Below, piece by piece: positions 49,653-64,000 of a stretch of 64,000 nt of DNA. The stretch is taken from NCBI GenBank assembly GCA_032718475.1, contig JAUCBJ010000597.1, forward strand, positions 1 through 64,000, read 5' to 3'. A model generated the notes under the pieces. It did no database searches. It was not told the DNA's origin and saw only the letters and a list, made by a program, of their open reading frames with translations. The stretch is from Nemertoderma westbladi (lineage: Eukaryota > Animalia > Xenacoelomorpha). Position numbers and translations under genes: made by a program. Each line of letters starts with the position of its first letter. Position 1 is the stretch's first letter.

Positions 49653-52613
49653 GTAAGTTGGACACCTACCGACAGTAAGTTGGACACCTACCTACCCGCC
49701 AGTAAGTTGACACCTACCGCCAGTAAGTTGGACACCTTCCGCCAGTAAGTTGGACACCTACCGCCAGTAAGTTGGACATCTACCGCCAGTACGCTGGACA
49801 CCTACCGCCAGTAAGTTGGACACCTACCGCCAGTCCCGATCAGGCGTTCGAGGTAAGTTGGATACCTACCGCCAGTAAGTTGGACACCTACCGCCAGTAA
49901 GTTGGACACCTACCGCCAGTAAGTTGGACACCTACCGCCAGTAAGTTGGACACCTACGGCCAGTCCCGATCCGTCGTTCAAGGTAAGTTGGGCACCTACC
50001 GCCAGTCCCGATCAGGCTTTCGAGGTAAGTTGGACACCTACCGCCAGTAAGTTGGGCACCTACCGCCAGTCCCGATAAGTCGTTCAAGGTAAGTTGGGCA
50101 CCTACCGCCAGTCCCGATCAGGCTTTCGAGGTAAGTTGGACACCTACCGCCAGTAAGTTGGACACCTACCGCCAGTAAGTTGGACACCTACCGCCAGTCC
50201 CGATGGACACCTACCGCCAGTAAGTTGGGCACCTACCGCCAGTCCAGATCCGTCGTTCAAGGTAAGTTGGGCACCTACCGCCACTCCCGATCAGGCTTTC
50301 GAGGTAAGTTGGACACCTACCGCCAGTCCCGATCAGGCGTTCGAGGTAAGTTGGACACCTACCGCCAGTAAGTTGGACACCTACCGCCAGTAAGTTGGAC
50401 ACCTACCGCCAGTAAGTTGGACACCTACGGCCAGTAAGTTGGACACCTACCGCCAGTAAGTTGGGCATCTACCGCCCCGCCAGTCCCGATAAGGCATTCG
50501 AGGTAAGTTGGGCACCTACCGCCAGTCCCGATCAGGCTTTCGAGGTAAGTTGGGCACCTACCACCAGTAAGTTGGACACCTACCGCCAGTAAGTTGGACA
50601 CCTACCGCCAGTAAGTTGGACACCTACCGCCAGTAAGTTGGACACCTACGGCCAGTAAGTTGGGCATCTACCGCCCCGCCAGTCCCGATCAGGCTTTCGA
50701 GGTAAGTTGGGCACCTACCGCCAGTAAGTTGGACACCTACCGCCAGTAAGTTGGACACCGACGGCCAGTAAGTTGGACACCTACCGCCAGTAAGTTGGGC
50801 ATCTACCGCCCCGCCAGTCCCGATCAGGCTTTCGAGGTAAGTTGGGCACCTACCGCCAGTAAGTTGGACACCTACCGCCAGTAAGTTGGACACCTACCGC
50901 CAGTAAGTTGGACACCTACCGCCAGTAAGTTGGGCACCTACCGCCAGTCCCGATCAGCGTTCGAGGTAAGTGGACTGGACACCTACCGCCAGTCCAGGTC
51001 AGGCGTTCGAGGTAAGTTGGACACCTACCGCCAGTAAGTTGGACACCTACCGCCAGTAAGTTGGACACCCACCGCCCAGTCCCGATCAGGCGTTCGAGGT
51101 AAGTTGGACACCTACCGCCAGTAAGTTGGACACCTACCGCCAGTCCCGATCAGGCGTTCGAGGTAAGTTGGACACCTACCGCCAGTAAGTTGGATACCTA
51201 CCGCCAGTAAGTTGGACACCTACCGCCAGTAAGTTGGACACCTACGGCCAGTAAGTTGGACACCTACCGCCAGTAAGTTGGGCACCTACCGCCCCTCCAG
51301 TCCCGATTAGGCGTTCAAGGTAAGTTGGGCACCTACCACCAGTCCCGATCAGGCTTTCGAGGTAAGTTGGACACCTACCGCCAGTCCCGATCAGGCTTTC
51401 GAGGTAAGTTGGGCACCTACCGCCAGTAAGTTGGACACCTACCGCCAGTAAGTTGGACACCTACCGCCAGTCCCGATCAGGCGTTCGAGGTAAGTTGGAT
51501 ACCTACCGCCAGTAAGTTGGACACCTACCGCCAGTAAGTTGGACACCTACCGCCAGTAAGTTGGACACCTACGGCCAGTAAGTTGGACACCTACCGCCAG
51601 TAAGTTGGGCACATACCGCCCCGCCAGTCCCGATTACGCGTTCGAGGTAAGTTGGACACCTACCGCCAGTAAGTTGGACACCTACCGTTAGTACGTTGGG
51701 CACCTACCCGCCAGTAAGTTGGACACCTACCCCCAGTCCCGATCAGGCGTTCGAGGTAAGTTGGACACCTACCGCCAGTAAGTTGGACACCTACCGCCAG
51801 TAAGTTGGACACCTACCGCCAGTACGTTGGGCACCTACCCGCCAGTAAGTTGGACACCTACCTCCAGTCCCGATCAGGCGTTCGAGGTAAGTTGGACACC
51901 TATCGCCAGTAAGTTGGACACCTACCGCCAGTAAGTTGGACACCTACCGCCAGTAAGTTGGACACCTACGGCCAGTCCCGATCAGGCGTTCGACGTAAGT
52001 TGGACACCTACCGCCAGTCCCGATCAGGCGTTCGACGTAAGTTGGACACCAACCGCCAGTAAGTTGAACACCTACCGCCAGTAAGTTGGGCACCTACCGC
52101 CAGTCCCGATCAGGCGTTCGACGTAAGTTGGACACCAACCGCCAGTAAGTTGGACACATACCGCCAGTAAGTTGGACACCTACCCGCCAGTAAGTTGGAC
52201 TTTGGACACCTACCGCCAGTAAGTTGGACTTTGGACACCTACCGTCGATAAGTTGGACACCAACCGCCAGGAAGTTGGACACCTACCCGCCAGTAAGTTG
52301 GACACCTATCTCCAGTCCCGATCAGGCGTTCGACGTAAGTTGGACACCAACCGCCAGTAAGTTGGACACCTACCGCCAGTAAGTTGGACACCTACCGCCA
52401 GTCCCGATCAGGCGTTCGTCGTAAGTTGGACACCAACCGCCAGTAAGTTGGACACCTACCCGCCAGTAAGTTGGACACCTACCGCCAGTCCCGATCAGGC
52501 GTTCGACGTAAGTTGGACACCAACCGCCAGTAAGTTGGACTTTGGACACCTACCGTCAGTAAGTTGGACACCAACCGCCAGTAAGTTGGACTTTGGACAC
52601 CTACCCGCCAGTA
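49633..52613 (+). repeat. Composite minisatellite of 22-bp unit GTAAGTTGGACACCTACCGCCA and 20-bp unit GTCCCGATCAGGCGTTCGAG, overlapping the exon end
   Basis: Directly visible. The first 20-bp unit is the last 20 coding nt of the TM exon, and the first 22-bp unit begins with its splice donor. Confidence 0.97.
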
Positions 52614-52832
52614 AATCGCAAATTATACAATAATTGTCTTTTTAATATGACTATATGTATCAGAACTCAGAGTTGACAATTTAATTATAATTTTTCTTTT
52701 GGCTTTGAGGATTTACGCGGTTATAAAATTATTTGAGTCAGTTTCCAGAGAAGATTGAGAAATTGACTAATATTTGAGCGTTTTCCGTACTTTACATTTT
52801 TAGATTTTTACACCAATAATATATTTTAACAG

Positions 52833-53063
52833 ATGCTTCCAGGTAGTGGTGCAGGCCCCAATGAGTCGCGACTACTGGTTGTTAAGGAATCCGAGATTTC
52901 TCGCCACGGCATCCTAGGCTCTGGTGCCTTCGGCGCCGTGTACAAGGGTGTCTGGACGCCCAGAGACACGGTCTCCGACGATGGAGAAAAAATACACATT
53001 CCTGTCGCCATTAAAGTTCTTAAGGAAGGAACTTCTGTCTCAGCAAATACGGAATTCTTTGAC
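52833..53063 (+). CDS. EGFR: EGFR kinase exon (GSGAFGAVYKG...PVAIK...EFFD)
   Basis: aacag|ATG acceptor, GAC|gtcagt donor. Contains the glycine loop and VAIK lysine. Confidence 0.96.
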
Positions 53064-53580
53064 GTCAGTATTATTTGCACTTTTTAAATACGGATATGTG
53101 GATTTTGTTTTGTTGTTGATCGTGATCTCTGTCTGCCTGTCTGCATGTTTCTGTATTTTACCATTCCCTTATCGTACTGTGTATTGCCCACCAGTAACTT
53201 ACGTAAATATGTAGGCCTACTGTATGACGTATGTTCCGGTATCTAATCAAAATATTTTGGATCAAATCTTTCTATATTTATTTATTTATTATCTGAATAC
53301 ATTTATTATTGAAATTTATGAAATGAAACGAAATTTTAGTTTCGTTTGTTGTTATTTTACATCCTTTCACTATAAATTTGTAAAACCATTTGTTGTTAGA
53401 AATTTTTTATAATACCAAGTCGCCCCATTGTGCTTTGGCGTGTACTAAGTTACTATATGATAACGAACTGTTAATGAGTGATCAATTATATCGTTGGCTG
53501 ACCAGCTTACCATGGTTTTTGAAGTTGCCTGCTTCTTCAGGATTCCATAATATTTTCTAACTAATTGACTTTTTCTTTAG

Positions 53581-53766
53581 GAGGCTTATGTTATGGCGTC
53601 TGTGGACCATCCGTGTTTAGTTCGTCTGCTCGCGGTATGCATGGCCAGTCAGACGATGCTGCTGACTCAGCTGATGCCTTTAGGGTCACTTCTGGACTAC
53701 GAGAAGGAACAGAAAGCCAATATAGGGGCCTACCATCTACTCAATTGGTGTCGGCAGATAACTCGG
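53581..53766 (+). CDS. EGFR: EGFR kinase exon ([11 protein letters not shown]...[12 protein letters not shown]...LLNWCRQI)
   Basis: ctttag|GAG acceptor, CGG|gttagt donor. Close to [21 protein letters not shown]...TQLMPFGCLLDY. Confidence 0.97.
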
Positions 53767-53974
53767 GTTAGTTGTGTTCTTTCATTTTATGTTAATTGTT
53801 TCACAATAAATAAAACTCGCCGCCGGCTGTAATAGATCAGGATGCACATCAGTTTATTAGTTAGACGATAATATTGGCCGATAAGAGCCAATAATTTTAC
53901 TATCCCTGTGTTTTGGCAATGAGATTTTACTGCCGCGTTCGCTAAGTCAGCATTGTACTTAGACCGTACAACAT

Positions 53975-54370
53975 ACCAACCTGGTGTATGTAATGGTACA
54001 CCTGGTAGATTCTGGTGACTTCTTACCTACCTGGTGTATGTAATGGTACACCTGGTACATTCTGGTGACTTCGTACCAACCTGGTGTATGTAATGGTACA
54101 CCTGGTAGATTCTGGTGACTTCGTACCAACCTGGTGTATGTAATGGTACACCTGGTAGATTTTGGTGACTTCGTACCAACCTGGTGTATGTAATGGTACA
54201 CCTGGTAGATTCTGGTGACTTCGTACCAACCTGGTGTATGTAATGGTACACCTGGTACATTCTGGTGACTTCGTACCAACCTGGTGTATGTAATGGTACC
54301 CCTGGTATATTCTGGTGACTTCGTACCAACCTGGTGTATGTAATGTTACACCGGGTATACATTCTGGTGT
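53975..54370 (+). repeat. 50-bp minisatellite (~7-8 copies)
   Basis: Unit CGTACCAACCTGGTGTATGTAATGGTACACCTGGTAGATTCTGGTGACTT with period 50. Confidence 0.95.
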
Positions 54371-54804
54371 ATTCTGCAGTAAGAGCCCTGCATGGCCTAC
54401 CATTTAACAACACGCCGTGCTCTTCTGGTGCCCGTAATAAATTTACCTTCAATCTCAGCATTAAATACTCAAATTAATTAAATGTTACGACTTGCCTTGT
54501 ATAATACAATGGAAAATACACTTTCCTCCGTGATGATTAATTATTACAGAATTACAATCCGAGCGTAGGATTTATTATAATAAAATATTACTTGCTAGGC
54601 GCCTTGGGGTACTTAATTTTATTCTGATAAAATATCATGGAAAGGTGCAGCCTTACAACCGGCTTTTCGTCCTAGAAACGTATTCACTGTCAGCCACTTT
54701 ATTTCTCATTGTCTATTTAATTCTCTAGTTACAACTGTGAATGAATACTGTTAGACGGACGACGGGCTAATTATTGATTCAATCTTATTGTCGTTTCTCT
54801 TTAG

Positions 54805-62547
<7,743 letters not shown>

Positions 62548-62572
62548 TAAACTTTAATTTATTTTATTTTAG

Positions 62573-62795
62573 CTTCCAATTAAGTGGTTGGCCATTGAAT
62601 GTCTGAAAGAACGTAAGTTCACCTCCAAGTCGGATGTTTGGGCGTTCGCGGTGACAGTTTGGGAGATTCTCACGTTCGGCGGTAAACCATACGAAGGGAT
62701 TCCACCTAAGGAAATGTTCCGAGTGCTTAAGAATGGGGAACGTTTACCGCAACCGACCATCTGCACGTTGGATATCTACACTGTATTGTTGAAAT
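62573..62795 (+). CDS. EGFR: EGFR kinase exon ([10 protein letters not shown]...[21 protein letters not shown]...[15 protein letters not shown])
   Basis: ttttag|CTT acceptor, AAAT|gtaagt donor. ErbB-type C-lobe sequence. Confidence 0.97.
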
Positions 62796-62959
62796 GTAAG
62801 TTTATTTTAAGTTTTATAATGTTTGCACATGGATGGTGGTTTCTTTGCGTAGTACAATCTCCATTAAAGAACCTCAAATATATTTTTCATTCTTCTATCT
62901 ATAATCGGCCTAAAAATTTGTGCCACCACCATTCAAACTACAATTGTCAAGCGCAATTG

Positions 62960-63720
62960 CAGTGTGCATTAGAAATGCTGTGCCGTCTTTTCGATAAAAT
63001 TGCGCCGCCACAACTCCCTATCACCCATGACATTTGCTAGATCATCCGCATCTTCAAGGCCAGTTTCCTTTAAGATGCGTCTCAAGAAAGTCATGGGCTG
63101 TCCACCATGCTTATTTTCTCCATGGCGCTGCCAAAGTACAAGATTGTGCACAGGCTGATCCTCACGCCAAAAACAATATCCTGCAAAGCGGAGGCGGATT
63201 TGTTCTAGTGTCTAGCTTACAGTAGACACAAATGTCGTTCAACAATGTTGTTCAGTCATGTTATACTGATCTGATTGCTACAATAATTTCATCAGGAATC
63301 CCATATAATGAAAGTATGCTGAACATACGTGAGCGAGAGACTGAATCAAAGGCCTTGAAGAAGTCAACAAAGATAACAGCCAGATGCCTGTCTTTCTTTT
63401 TTGATAATTCTTCAATTATCCTTCTAAGTGCCAAAATGGGCTCCATGGTCCCACGACCTTTACGGAACCCATTCTGATTTCCACGGAGCAGTCTCTCAAT
63501 GGGGTCCCTGATGCGATTTAATAGAATCCTATTGTATAGCTTTGCAGCAATCGATATCAATGAGATTCCCCGAAAAGAACCATAGAGTGTTAGGTTGCCC
63601 TTCTTGGGAACTGGCACCAACTTATTTGTTTTAATGAGTGGGACTAGATAAGAGAGTGGGACTCTCTTAGTCCGGTACACCATGTCTATTATGATTGGGT
63701 GAATGAGCTCCAAGCACTCG
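62960..63720 (-). pseudogene. Internally deleted RTE-clade LINE reverse transcriptase fragment
   Basis: PVPKKGNL....FRGISL...AKLYNRILLNR...QNGFRKGR...FVDFFKAFDSV, then the C-terminal LVLWQ...GG...T.....KETGL...M.DRELWR. Confidence 0.9.
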
Positions 63721-64000
63721 GGTATTTTAGTGAAGACCTTAGGTTAGTACAGCATTGAATAGTCTATCCAGGATTAGGAAGTCTCATATAATGAAATGGA
63801 ATCTCAAGTTCCGAATATTTAGGGCAGCAGTAGAACCAGTAGTCCTATTTTGGAGTCCATGATGGGCTCTAAGACTACTTAGCATATTAGTTATCCATCA
63901 AAATGAATAAGTTCGGTCCAACTTGTCTTCATCTTTCAGGTTTGAGATTTGTAGATATCCCCCCACTGGCCCAATATTTATTATCACCTTGACCTTTATT

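Noticed and set aside
49653-52613. CRISPR-like repeat/spacer appearance
   Set aside because: The intervening units are themselves repeated rather than unique, there are no cas genes, and the context is a eukaryotic intron.
53959-54461. Three overlapping minus-strand ORFs
   Set aside because: Translations of the 50-bp minisatellite.

Overview
AT-rich, intron-rich eukaryotic (invertebrate animal) DNA. The backbone is a + strand EGFR/ErbB receptor tyrosine kinase gene. Eleven phase-compatible GT-AG exons (9876-62795) cover furin-like domain II, L2, furin-like domain IV, the transmembrane segment and most of the kinase. The 5' and 3' exons were not found in the window. Its introns and upstream region carry unusual cargo. 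(1) An intact, intronless 515-aa ORF (4170-5717) has the layout of a negative-strand RNA virus nucleoprotein and sits between inverted repeats. (2) An intronless two-RRM hnRNP M/MYEF2-like gene is nested on the same strand (17352-18419). (3) A complete 19.4-kb Polinton/Maverick (25048-44495; ~950-bp TIRs starting AGTAGT; 6-bp TSD CTCATG) encodes pPolB, packaging ATPase, integrase, two minor capsids, a major capsid and an adenain protease, most with disabling lesions. It also carries a TATA-binding-protein-like gene, a tandem PC4-like gene, a degenerate dUTPase and an exactly repeated 26-bp TATA-containing motif, which together suggest an element-encoded transcription-initiation module. (4) A 3-kb satellite is built from the transmembrane exon's own 3' end and splice donor. 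(5) A 7.5-kb 18-bp satellite fills a kinase intron. RTE LINE, SINE and Helentron-like fragments are also present. All family assignments are by-eye motif recognition; no searches were run.
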